In this document: piece by piece, positions 52,692-62,900 of the stretch
Numbering within the stretch: position 1 is the first letter of the stretch
Layout: each line of letters opens with the position of its first letter
From: a virus
Lineage: Duplodnaviria > Caudoviricetes
Strand: one strand, 5' to 3'
Virus record (IMG/VR): IMGVR_UViG_3300033073_001126
Location: 2,881-66,880 of that record
DNA: 64,000 nucleotides
The notes under the pieces: model-generated
What the model saw: the letters and a program-made list of their open reading frames with translations, nothing else
What the model was told of the DNA's origin: nothing
Databases searched by the model: none
Translations under genes and position numbers: made by a program

Positions 52692-53741
52692 TTAAAATGT
52701 ACTTTGAACTCCGACAATCCTTAGCCCTCCGATGCTTGGGCCTTTAGAAGACACCACATCTCTTGGGTTTATTGGAGCGACATTGTTCTGGGGGACTTGA
52801 TTGTTCAGGGTTCTGTTGATGGCCTCAACCGCTTCTTTAGGGGCTGCCCTACGAGCCGCTTCCAGCATCGCCGGAATCTGACTCTTCAGCAACTCCAATT
52901 CAGCCATAGCCGTAGCAGCCTTAATGTTAGGCCACACATTGCCATTTTTGTCAAGACTCAATGGAACGCCATCACTATAAACAATATCCCGAATTTTCTC
53001 TGCATCCACCTTTGGAACATTATACCCCGGAATTCCCAGGGACAAGTCCATTGGCTTTATCGCCTCCTTCAGACCATCTTCCACCATTTGATTAAACTGG
53101 TTTTGATAGCCCTCAATGTCCATTTGGCTTTGCTGAGGCGACATTGCAGCTTCAAGTTTCCCTCTAACCTCCTGCTGTTGAGCAATGCGTTGCTGGCGAA
53201 TGCCCTCGGCTTGCCACGCAATTGCATCGTAGTCCTCTTCAGCGAGTCCAAGATTTTCGGGTATATCAAAGTCAATATCGGGATATTGCCTTCTCAAGTG
53301 CGCTTCGATGTGCCGGTCGGTCTTTGCCCAGGGGTTGGCTTCCCTGAATGCTTCCTTGATGAGTTCAAGAACAGATTTCTGCTCATAGTCCTCATTCAGC
53401 ATTTGAAGTACGGCAGGGTTTTCCAACACCTCCTTAACTTCATCTGGCATACGGTATTCAACTTGAGGCTGCTGGTTGTTGAGCCTCTCCTCCATCTCGG
53501 CCAGCTTCGCACGAAGTGCTTCTATGTCATCTTCTGCGGGAGCGGCTTGTGGGGCTTCGTTAGCAACGGGCTGCTCTGCTACTTCCTCCTGCGGGATATT
53601 GTCCTCTACAGGATTGTCATAGTCAGGGATGCTTATGCTATTAACCTTGAATGGGTTCTCCGCCAATTGGAGGTTCTCCTCCACCTGGTACTGGAGGCTC
53701 TCCTGCGGGAGGTTGTCCTGCGGCATTGCTTGTGTTTCCAT
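52692..53741 (-). CDS. Putative capsid scaffolding protein
   Basis: Acidic, Pro/Gln-rich helical 349 aa protein between portal and MCP. Confidence 0.65.
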   Translation of the reverse strand: METQAMPQDNLPQESLQYQVEENLQLAENPFKVNSISIPDYDNPVEDNIPQEEVAEQPVANEAPQAAPAEDDIEALRAKLAEMEERLNNQQPQVEYRMPDEVKEVLENPAVLQMLNEDYEQKSVLELIKEAFREANPWAKTDRHIEAHLRRQYPDIDFDIPENLGLAEEDYDAIAWQAEGIRQQRIAQQQEVRGKLEAAMSPQQSQMDIEGYQNQFNQMVEDGLKEAIKPMDLSLGIPGYNVPKVDAEKIRDIVYSDGVPLSLDKNGNVWPNIKAATAMAELELLKSQIPAMLEAARRAAPKEAVEAINRTLNNQVPQNNVAPINPRDVVSSKGPSIGGLRIVGVQSTF

Positions 53742-55923
53742 ACATTCTATCTAATTCTAATTGTATCTTTTGCAAAATTACATCAGGATTGGCAGTATTC
53801 ATAGGGTTGGCAAACGCTGCTTTAGCATATTCCCCTATTACATTGCCAATAATCTTTAGCTGCTCAAGCTTTTCCTTGCCATCCTGAGCCTGCTGATTGG
53901 AAAGCATCTGCCTTTCTGTGTTTGCCTGGTCAGCCATTTGCTGCGCCTGAGACCTCTTCACCTCATTCCTTTTCTGCTGAACGGACAAATATGCCCATGC
54001 CTGCTTCATATTGTCAATGATTTGCAGATAGGCATACTGATCCATTGTCAGCGTTCCTGCGGCAAGGGCTTGCTGTGCCTTTGAATATAGGTCTTGCCAT
54101 TGAGCATCTGTGGGCAGCGGCTCCACGACAAGATTTGGAATGCGTTCATCGGGATTGCCCGGAGGGATAGAGAATGGCTTGTTGTTGGCCACCCCCACCT
54201 CTCCGGTCTGAAGAATGTCGTACATCAGATTCTCCCACAAAGTGCAATAAAGCCTTATCTTGGAATCCATAAGTCCAGACAAAACATTATCGCTTCCCGC
54301 AAGAAGCATTTGTGTAACGGCTTTCCCTTGCTCAGGACTTACTCCACCGCCGGTATCCACTTTAGGAACACCAACAACATCGTGCAGAAGATTTATCTGC
54401 TGGAGGAGGAGATTCCACAATATCTGTAAGTTGCCGCCACCATCATTGCCTATCATGGCTATGGCATCCTTAACGGAAGCATTGTGGAATCCCTTGTAGG
54501 CAGAAGAGGACACAACCCCAAGTCCACGCTCCATAAGCGTAGTCATTAGGTCTTCGGCTGTGACATCATCGCCCTCTTTCATCGCAAGGTCAGCCAAGGC
54601 ATCCTGATCCACCCTAATCATCCAGGGCAGAAACTCCTTGACATATGTCTTAAACTTTTTGAAAGTGTCTTCAATGGCATCAATGTGCGGCTTTGCTCTG
54701 TCAATGACAGATACGGACTCGCCCCTTACCATTGAGGAGTGATGCCACACAAATGACCCATATATTTTAGAGGCATTTACCTTGAAGGCATCCTCTTCCT
54801 TAGTTACGATAGGTTGGCGAATGCCAGGCTTGACCCCATAGTCGTATAGGTAACCAGAGCCACATATGTATTTCCCACCGAAAAGGTTCTGCACCTTAGC
54901 TGTGTACACATCGCCATCTTTTCCGGGAGTCTTTTTGGAATATCCATTATAGGCCCGGCCATTCTTAATGTTGGTGTAGAGTATGTCTGTGGAGACGAAC
55001 TCAAAGTCCATGACGAGTACATAGTCAGTATAGGTGTTTGTAAAGGTGGTGAGGTAGTTGTTGCTATTTGCCGTCCACCAATAAAGCCAATTGTAGAGGA
55101 TGCTAAACTGTCCTCCACGAAGGTTGTTCAGTTCATTGTCCGTAAGAAAGTCCTGAGCTTCGATGCGGACTTGCTCAACAGGAACAGGGCGTATTCTGTA
55201 GCTCCAAACAATGTCACGCCCATCAGGATAAAAGGACATACTATGGCCACTATTAAGTGGGTCAAGCCATTCAATTTGTCTTTTGCCATTGATTCGATTG
55301 ATATAATGTCCTCTTACAGATGTAATAGCATCATCATAGTCTGCCATCCGGGCAAGTATCTCAATGTTGTTTTCATGCCCAATCTTTTGCAGAGCGAGTT
55401 CAATGTTCATCTCCTCTACAAACTGAGGCATACAATCCAGCATCAATTGCAACTCCGTATTGTCCATTGGGACTTCATCGGGAGTAAGGCCAAGTTGCTG
55501 GAGATATTGCTCCATTTGCGCTCCTTGCTGTTTTAGCATCATAGCCAACTCCATCCGTGCTTTCATATCAATGCGCTGATCCATAGCCAACGCATCTATC
55601 ATACTAACGGAGGGCTTGAATTTTTGTCTATTCAACTTTGCTACAACACTTTCAAGGATGGTTGAAGCAAGTTTCATATTGCGGCGGTCAGCCCCAAACA
55701 AAGTTTGAGAGTCGTTCGCTCCTAAGTTGTCTACGGGCTGAACCGTTCTTAAATAGGATTGGTTACCCAATGCATATTGATAGTTCTCTGCCCATTTTGT
55801 CCTTGGGAAATTGGGGCTTTCGATTTGCATCAAATGCCAAGCCTCCAAGCCCTGAGCAAAACTTTGCCCGAACTCTTTTGACTTTTTCTTTTCAAAAGAA
55901 ACGCTTAGGTCTGGTGCAAACAT
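53641..55923 (-). CDS. Portal protein (crAss-related)
   Basis: 760 aa; WAENYQYALGNQS, EEMNIELAL, C-terminal Gln-rich coiled crown; position before scaffold and MCP. Confidence 0.82.
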   Translation of the reverse strand: MFAPDLSVSFEKKKSKEFGQSFAQGLEAWHLMQIESPNFPRTKWAENYQYALGNQSYLRTVQPVDNLGANDSQTLFGADRRNMKLASTILESVVAKLNRQKFKPSVSMIDALAMDQRIDMKARMELAMMLKQQGAQMEQYLQQLGLTPDEVPMDNTELQLMLDCMPQFVEEMNIELALQKIGHENNIEILARMADYDDAITSVRGHYINRINGKRQIEWLDPLNSGHSMSFYPDGRDIVWSYRIRPVPVEQVRIEAQDFLTDNELNNLRGGQFSILYNWLYWWTANSNNYLTTFTNTYTDYVLVMDFEFVSTDILYTNIKNGRAYNGYSKKTPGKDGDVYTAKVQNLFGGKYICGSGYLYDYGVKPGIRQPIVTKEEDAFKVNASKIYGSFVWHHSSMVRGESVSVIDRAKPHIDAIEDTFKKFKTYVKEFLPWMIRVDQDALADLAMKEGDDVTAEDLMTTLMERGLGVVSSSAYKGFHNASVKDAIAMIGNDGGGNLQILWNLLLQQINLLHDVVGVPKVDTGGGVSPEQGKAVTQMLLAGSDNVLSGLMDSKIRLYCTLWENLMYDILQTGEVGVANNKPFSIPPGNPDERIPNLVVEPLPTDAQWQDLYSKAQQALAAGTLTMDQYAYLQIIDNMKQAWAYLSVQQKRNEVKRSQAQQMADQANTERQMLSNQQAQDGKEKLEQLKIIGNVIGEYAKAAFANPMNTANPDVILQKIQLELDRMYGNTSNAAGQPPAGEPPVPGGGEPPIGGEPIQG

Positions 55924-56579
55924 TACCCAGTAGTATTGTAAAGGCTTGGTTCGTAAGGATTATAAGGAGACTCATATTGGGTGTAATCGCCAATGCCTGC
56001 CACAGATGATAGTGGCATTTTGTTGGTGTTGCCTGTTGCGCCACCTCCATACCTCATGCCGGCCATAGCTCCTTGGAAGGGAGCCATAGCAAATTGTGAA
56101 ATCTGCTGCCTACGAGCCGTGTCAAGGTCGGCAAGGTTTTTCTCCCAGTAACGCTTTCTATTCTGAAGAGTAGCACCGGAAGCACCTTGAATAGCACCAA
56201 GTTCCGACTGAGCCGCTCTTTGCGCCTGCGCCCCACGGATAGCGAGATTACGCCTTGCAGCCTGCCCCTGTTGGTTTAAACGAGCAAGAGCATTCAGCAT
56301 ATTGCTACTTGAAACACCAGCCCTTCTTATGGCTCCAAGAACATCAGCCTGCTGCTGGTTAATGTTTTCAATTTCTTGCCCATAGCCGGGAGCCAAACTG
56401 CTTGCCGCCCTCCCTTGAGCCGCCGCAAGCTGCGCTTGCTCATATTGATTTAAACCCTCTGGGCCTTCAGCCAAAAGTCTTCTGCGCTCTTTGCCTTGCT
56501 GTATGGCATTTATTAAGCCCGGAGTTGACCCTGCAAGGTTTAATCCAGCCCCTATTCCCATCATTGTAGTCTGATCCAT
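55923..56579 (-). CDS. Putative small ejection / cargo protein
   Basis: 218 aa, Gly/Ala/Gln-rich with hydrophobic N-terminal GIGAGLNLAGS. Confidence 0.55.
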   Translation of the reverse strand: MDQTTMMGIGAGLNLAGSTPGLINAIQQGKERRRLLAEGPEGLNQYEQAQLAAAQGRAASSLAPGYGQEIENINQQQADVLGAIRRAGVSSSNMLNALARLNQQGQAARRNLAIRGAQAQRAAQSELGAIQGASGATLQNRKRYWEKNLADLDTARRQQISQFAMAPFQGAMAGMRYGGGATGNTNKMPLSSVAGIGDYTQYESPYNPYEPSLYNTTG

Positions 56580-56583
56580 AGGC

Positions 56584-59500
56584 TTATTGTACTATTGCTG
56601 TGTTACTCTTGATTTCTATAAAATTCAGTTTTGTAAAAACTGTGGGGTCAAATGCAAAAATAGAATATAATATTCTACTTTCCATAAGTTTTCCTGAGAG
56701 GACACCACCTGAAGAATCTACCGCTCTTCTAATAGCAGCATCCCAATCTCCTTTCCTTGAAATGTACCATTCCGGCAGGATGTAACTTTCAAGTTGAAGT
56801 GCGCTTTCTGAGTTGTCAATAACCCCGGTCTTTAGCTGAGTGGAGATGGGCTTTGGCCCATATATTTTCACCTGATTCCATTGCTTTGTAACGGCAGGGG
56901 ATTCATTTGTAATTACATTTATTGACGGATTCTTGTATTGCTCAAACAGAAAGTTATTTGGAACCGTAGGGTCTTCTACATCGGCCACGAATATCCTTCC
57001 GCCTATAAACCAATACTGCTTCGTGGGAAGACCAATTGCTCTGTCAGGATAGAGCGTAACCTCCGTGCTTGGGTTGAATAAGAAGTACTCCCGCTCCCCC
57101 TGGAATGTCTTGTATCTCTCAGAGAAAACGGCTGTGTTTACATTCACGCCCGACAGGTTGACTTCGTCCGTTACCTGGTCGTACCAAGTGATGAGAAGCG
57201 GGTTGTCATTGTATTTCTTGCGGAGGTAGTTGCCGAATGAGAATGTATTCCCAAGCCTTTCAAGCCCCGAATTAGTGTAGCGTATCATGTCATTAACGAC
57301 ATCGCTCCACCAATACACAGTACCCAAAGGAGTTTTCGTTACGCTCATCGGCCTTGATGTTCCATACTGACCAAGCAGCGGCCTTTGAGAGGCGAGGTAG
57401 GCATCCGTTGTGGCTACATTGTTGCTGCCATCCACATTCGTAAGCTGTATGGCATCGTAATAGAACGAGCTGATTCCGAATGTTCCGATGGCAAGAAGAA
57501 CTCCCGGTTCCCTCTGTGTCGCATTCGTAGTGACAAGGGATGTGATTGGGCCGTTTTCGGCAGGAGCAAGGCGGAAGTCTACAGAATTAAACTTGTTAAG
57601 GCCGTTCACTTGCGTTCCCTGTATGATTGGGCCTGAGAAACAAATGGCATTATTCAGCACTCGGCTTTCCGTGTCTTTATAGTTGGTGGTATTAACCTGG
57701 CCTATGTCCTGATTCCATTGCTCCTTCCAAATGTCAATTGGGTTCATTGAAATGAAAAACCCGTACCACCCAAGGGCATTTATTCTTTGAGTAACGCTAT
57801 TAATGACAGGCTGACCGCTGATTTGGCCTGGATTAAATATTTTGATGTCATTCCTAAATGCTCTTGTAGTTTTTAAAGCGAGACAGGTATAAGCATCTCC
57901 ATATAAATAGCCAGTTAATAGCCCTCCATTATTATTCTGTATTGCTTCCTTATATTCATCGGCAGAACAACTAAGCTGTGTCGTATAAAGAGTTTGCTCG
58001 TCAGCATTTACTTCTTGAGTAATTACAAAATTGTAGACTAATTGGGTGTAGTTATTAATGTCTGACATCATACCCCATTCGCCAATATTAGTGTTAAAGC
58101 AGGCTACAGGAAGCGTATATGGGGATATATTATGTGTATCCGTTTGATTTATAAGTTGATTTGTTGATGAATGAGTTTCAACTCCATCTGACGCCAAAAT
58201 GTAAATTTTATTTCCAACAACATTATTAACCTTGAATCTTGAATAAGGAAGATATACATTATTATCTGTTGGTTCGTTTGGAGTTATAAATCCTGGGAAT
58301 GTTGTATAGCCAGATGCAAAATAAATATACTGATTATCACCTTGTACTATAGGCTCATTAGCATTAAACTCAAGAACATACCCTTGAAAAGTATATTTTA
58401 TACTTGAATTGCCCCCATCATAAATCTCGTACATCGGCCATTGATTCTGTGGACTTTCATTAATATATGGGTTGATTCCATAATTTACCCAAGTAAAAAA
58501 CTCATCTGCTCCATCTTGATTTTTATACCACAAATACAGCGTACCTAATGATTGTTTCATTTGCACGATGTTCTTGCATTTGCTCCTTACAATATTTATC
58601 CTATCTACCCAATCTGGGAGAGAGCCTTTAATGGAAAATTTTACTATACTATTCCCTGGGTCATCAAAAATTACAGATGGAGTAATGTTAGCTGCGTTGT
58701 TTGAATTATATAATGGAATATTATACCCATATTTTATCCCGTCAGCAGTTTGCACATTTGAACGCCACCAAGGGGCCACAACCTCAACGGCATTTGAAAC
58801 TGGCTGTGTTCGACCAAACTTATCAACAAACTCTACTCCTATTGAATATCTTCCCCAAGGAGTAAATGATTTGTATTTGTATTCATAATCTGTTGAATCA
58901 AATAATGGTGTATCATTTTTATATTCAAAGATTGCCTTAAACTCAATCCCTTGAATTGGCTCATAATCCAATCGGTAATTAGCGTGGTTTACTTTATTTT
59001 GCGCCACTTCATTTGTTGCCGATTGCAATGGAACAGTATCAAAACGAGCATCAACAATATCTGCCGCTACTGTATTTTTTTGCGAAGCGAGAATGTTAGC
59101 AAATGTAAATACCCTTGTTAAACCATCGTTTTTTTGATATTTTATTTCTCTCCATACGCCATCGTTTCCATTCCTAATTACAATTACAATAGCTTTAATA
59201 AGGCTTGTGTATGTAGCGTAGGTATTAAACTCGTCAGCAGGAATAGTTATGGTAATGTTGTTATTTCCATAAGTATTCTTGCTATATGGAGCAAGGCGGC
59301 TTTCCTCGTAGTTATCATATACATAGTAATATGAATACTGAAAGCCTGTGTCTGTAATAGCCTTGTTCTGTTTTGTAAGGCTCACTCCTGGGAGGTCTGC
59401 CTCAAGCATAGGCTCAACAATAAGAGCCCTGCCGGGAGGCCTTTTAATCTGTGTATAGAACCAATCCTCTATTGGAGTGGTTGGATAGACATCTCCCGTT

Positions 59501-59949
59501 TCTCCATTCTGCGTACGAATGCCCTTCTCCACATTCACCATGCGAGGCTCGTTCACATTGTCCGTCCAATACAGCTTGCCGTCAATCCCCGTGATGGAAA
59601 CATTGTAGGCATCCCCTGATTGGAAGTTTAGCCACGAGCCGCTTACAACAGCCTGTATGGAATTGTCCGTCCCTTTGATACGATAGATGGCGTGGCTTCC
59701 GTTGCTATTGTACATAGCAAAGAACACATTCCTGGTTTCAAGGTCTGAGTACACACCCACTACTTTGTTCTCCCCCGCAGGAGCGGAGAAGTCTGTGAGT
59801 TCCTTGTTGCCAAGAACAAGCGTTCCTCCCGAAAGGTTTGTGTCATCTGTGGAAGCCCCGAAGCGGAGGTTTACAGCCATCCGTGCCTCGTTGGGCTTAA
59901 TCACCCTGTCGTCCACATCGGGATTAACCCTATCTATCCTGTGTATCAT
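56584..59949 (-). CDS. Tail stabilisation / muzzle protein (P22 gp10-like, crAss-type)
   Basis: N-terminal VNPDVDDRVIKPNEARMAVNLR, IDGKLYWTDNVNEPRMVN, FQYSYYYVYDNYEESRL, NHANY and YSIGVEFVDKFGRT motifs; 1121 aa. Confidence 0.8.
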   Translation of the reverse strand: MIHRIDRVNPDVDDRVIKPNEARMAVNLRFGASTDDTNLSGGTLVLGNKELTDFSAPAGENKVVGVYSDLETRNVFFAMYNSNGSHAIYRIKGTDNSIQAVVSGSWLNFQSGDAYNVSITGIDGKLYWTDNVNEPRMVNVEKGIRTQNGETGDVYPTTPIEDWFYTQIKRPPGRALIVEPMLEADLPGVSLTKQNKAITDTGFQYSYYYVYDNYEESRLAPYSKNTYGNNNITITIPADEFNTYATYTSLIKAIVIVIRNGNDGVWREIKYQKNDGLTRVFTFANILASQKNTVAADIVDARFDTVPLQSATNEVAQNKVNHANYRLDYEPIQGIEFKAIFEYKNDTPLFDSTDYEYKYKSFTPWGRYSIGVEFVDKFGRTQPVSNAVEVVAPWWRSNVQTADGIKYGYNIPLYNSNNAANITPSVIFDDPGNSIVKFSIKGSLPDWVDRINIVRSKCKNIVQMKQSLGTLYLWYKNQDGADEFFTWVNYGINPYINESPQNQWPMYEIYDGGNSSIKYTFQGYVLEFNANEPIVQGDNQYIYFASGYTTFPGFITPNEPTDNNVYLPYSRFKVNNVVGNKIYILASDGVETHSSTNQLINQTDTHNISPYTLPVACFNTNIGEWGMMSDINNYTQLVYNFVITQEVNADEQTLYTTQLSCSADEYKEAIQNNNGGLLTGYLYGDAYTCLALKTTRAFRNDIKIFNPGQISGQPVINSVTQRINALGWYGFFISMNPIDIWKEQWNQDIGQVNTTNYKDTESRVLNNAICFSGPIIQGTQVNGLNKFNSVDFRLAPAENGPITSLVTTNATQREPGVLLAIGTFGISSFYYDAIQLTNVDGSNNVATTDAYLASQRPLLGQYGTSRPMSVTKTPLGTVYWWSDVVNDMIRYTNSGLERLGNTFSFGNYLRKKYNDNPLLITWYDQVTDEVNLSGVNVNTAVFSERYKTFQGEREYFLFNPSTEVTLYPDRAIGLPTKQYWFIGGRIFVADVEDPTVPNNFLFEQYKNPSINVITNESPAVTKQWNQVKIYGPKPISTQLKTGVIDNSESALQLESYILPEWYISRKGDWDAAIRRAVDSSGGVLSGKLMESRILYSIFAFDPTVFTKLNFIEIKSNTAIVQ

Positions 59950-59961
59950 TCTACAAAGTTA
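59947..59961 (-). promoter_or_regulatory. -7 element directly before ATG (TAACTTTG-TAGA-ATG)
   Basis: Exact TAnnTTTG-N4-ATG; overlaps the stop codon of the giant gene. Confidence 0.65.
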
Positions 59962-62900
59962 CTGCTTATTTGCCTGCTTTACATACCTTCTCCATACCGC
60001 CTCTCCTCCAGTCTTTCCCGAATACTTTTTTTGTAAAGCCTCATCTAACACCTCCAATTTTTTAGCGACAATCTTATCCTGCTCTAAATATTGGCTCTTG
60101 TATGCCTCTCTCTCTTCCTCGGAAAAAATCTCATTGAATGGCTTGTTGACCATTTTTACCTTGCCATTGTCCTGCATCTGCTGAATCTTGATGTTTGGAT
60201 TCTTGCCAAGCAAAACTGCTTTGTAGAAATCAATACGATCCGCAGGCTTTATCCCTTTAGGGGCAATCTTATCATCAACGATTTCTACAAAAAGTTCTTT
60301 CCTATCTTTTCCTGCGCCTTTCGGAGATAGCTTTTCGTAATTCTCAAAAGCAGACTTAGCCTCTTCAGCATCTCCCTTTTCAATTGCATACACCATTCTA
60401 TCCCTTTCATGCTCGGCTTCTGCTGAGTATGGCTGGATGCTTTCTTCATAAATTCCTGTCTCATATTTTAAAGCAAGTTCATCGTTTGCAAATTTGTTTG
60501 CTCCGCTTCTTGTTGACTGCATCCACTTGGCAAACTCAGCATCATCCATTTCCTTAATGCGGTCATAATTTACCATCATTAGATTGCGGATGTACTCGCC
60601 TCTTGTTTTTGCAAACAAATAGAACTGCTCATCATTCATAGCCTTCTGATTGCCATCAATGTCTATATATGATGCGCCATTCCTTTCCGGCCTCCCGGTG
60701 GTCTGCTTCTTGTCGGAAAGCAATTGCCATAGTTTAGCATTCTCGCCTCCGCCTTTGGGAGAATAAACAATGCCCTGGCTTGCGGGAGGCAACTCCTCAC
60801 CAAGCCCATTTATAGCATTTTCATAGTTATTTCTAACAATTGGGATGGTGCGTAGAGCCTTGCCAAATAGTGTACCCCTATATTCCTTGTCAGGAATTTC
60901 CAAGCCCCTCATTACCATTTGAGCGGTCTGCTGGTAAAGGTTTGTTCCCAGCAATGGCACATATGATGTAGCAGTTTTGGCTGCCCAGTCGGCAAGTTTC
61001 TGTCCTTTATCTCCTCTTGATGCATCTAAGATTCCGGAAAGAAAAGAGTCAACTGAGGAAAGGAATGAGGTTTCAGCAACGGTTGACATTCCAAGTTGAG
61101 CCGCCGTTACAATCTTATTAATTGCCGTGTCCGTTATCTTGCCCTTATGATATTTCTCATAATCTCTCAATGCGCCTACAACCGAAAGGATGGCATTGAG
61201 AGGGGTTAACTTGTAGCTTATCCAGGTGTCGCCTATCTTGATGCTATAAGGTCTCCACCCAGTGGCCTCAAGGTCTTTATTCTTCTTGTAATCGTTATAC
61301 CCTTCAGCGGTTATTTGAATTAAAGGCTCTTCGCCTTCATCGTCACCCCCGATTCCGCTTAGAGCATAAGCAGCAATCATAGCCGTTGTTCCCAATGCGG
61401 CTTTTGTCATCAATATGGCTCTGTCATCATCAGTAAATTTCTTGATGTTGCCAGTTATTGAGCCTCCTTTAGCCGCCCTCCAAAAACCTACCGGAGAATA
61501 GTTTACGCTCTCATTGGCCACATTGGTAATGAGATTGGTAAATGGAACAGCAAATCGCAACATTGGGATGTTGTGAATGATGCTATTCATATACCTGGCC
61601 GCTACCCCAAGCGCACCTTTAGGAGGATTGTTGAAAGTTCCTTCAAGAGCAAATTCGTGGGAGTCGGCCACCAATTGATCTGGCCTATTTTGTTCAATTA
61701 AATCATAAATCCTGCGATACCGGTCAAGTTTGGCAGCCAGCTTTCTTGCTTTCTTTTGCCTTGCAGACAAAGATGCATCTGCATCAATTTCAGCAATCGC
61801 CGCATTATACTCTTCGGTTGCTTCAATTTTGGCTGCATTCATTTGCTCATCGCTTTGGGCGAGAATGTCAATTGCCTTTTGTACGGCATTATCTGATGGG
61901 TACTTATCTCTTGCATCGGATAGCGCAAGTTGATATGCCCTCATTTCACGAAGGCCGCCATAAGTAAGGGCATCGGCAGCCATCATAAAGCGCATTACAT
62001 ACTTGTAACTCTTGTATGGGCTATACTTATTAAAATGCGCCCTCTCCAAAATACCCATAGCATCAGTTCTCTGCCTAAGCGGAGACTGTCCCGTGATTAA
62101 GGTGGTGCCGGCTTCCGCAATCCCATTACCCAACCCAACAACAAGCCCCTTTAATAGGAAAGGCAAATCTTTAGGGTTTCTTACACCAACATTGAAAACC
62201 AGCAATCCCATATTATAGGTGTTGCCGAATATATTCTTTGCCTGTGTAATTGGCCCAGATAGAATTGATGCCATCCAAATAGCGGTGGCTAATTCCACCT
62301 TATCAATCCCTGCAAGGTTTGCCTGGTAATTCAAAAGGTCTACAATGGCCCTTTGCTTCGGCATCCCTTCTTTTGCATTCTGAACTTTTTCTGCAAGCTC
62401 CTTAATCGTTGCTGCATCCTTTTCGGTCAGTTCCGGGAAGCCCATTGCTCTTGCGTATTCCTCCTTGAATTTCCCTTCATCAAGGCCGCCAAGATTAGAA
62501 AGTTCTATAAGTTTCTCTTCTGACTTTTTCCTAACAGGAGTCCTCCTTAACAATCTTCTTTCAATAGAATTCAATGCATTCTTCTTCTTTTCAGTTGCTA
62601 TGCGATTGAATTCATTGTTTACTTTCTCTGCTATTACGGAGGCATCCGATGGGTCAAGCCCAAGTTTATCAACAAGGGCTTTTGTAAGAGCTTCTTTTGT
62701 GCGCTCCGCTTCAGAGTAGTGCTGCCTTATTAGTTCCCGGATTTTTACTCCAGACTCCTGCATTATTTGTTTGACATCCTTTTCGATGTCGGTAGCCATA
62801 TGTGTAGCTATCTCGGCATCTGTTGAATATCCTGATCCACCAACTTTCTTTTGGGCTGCCTTATAGGTAGATTTTAGATATGGCCTTACTTTTTTGCCAA

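Noticed and set aside
21488-59990. Shared 12-mer TATGTAAAGCAG upstream of two leaderless-type promoters (21475 and 59949 genes)
   Set aside because: Different spacing to the -7 box (7 vs 12 nt), overlaps coding sequence in both cases, and absent from the other five promoters.
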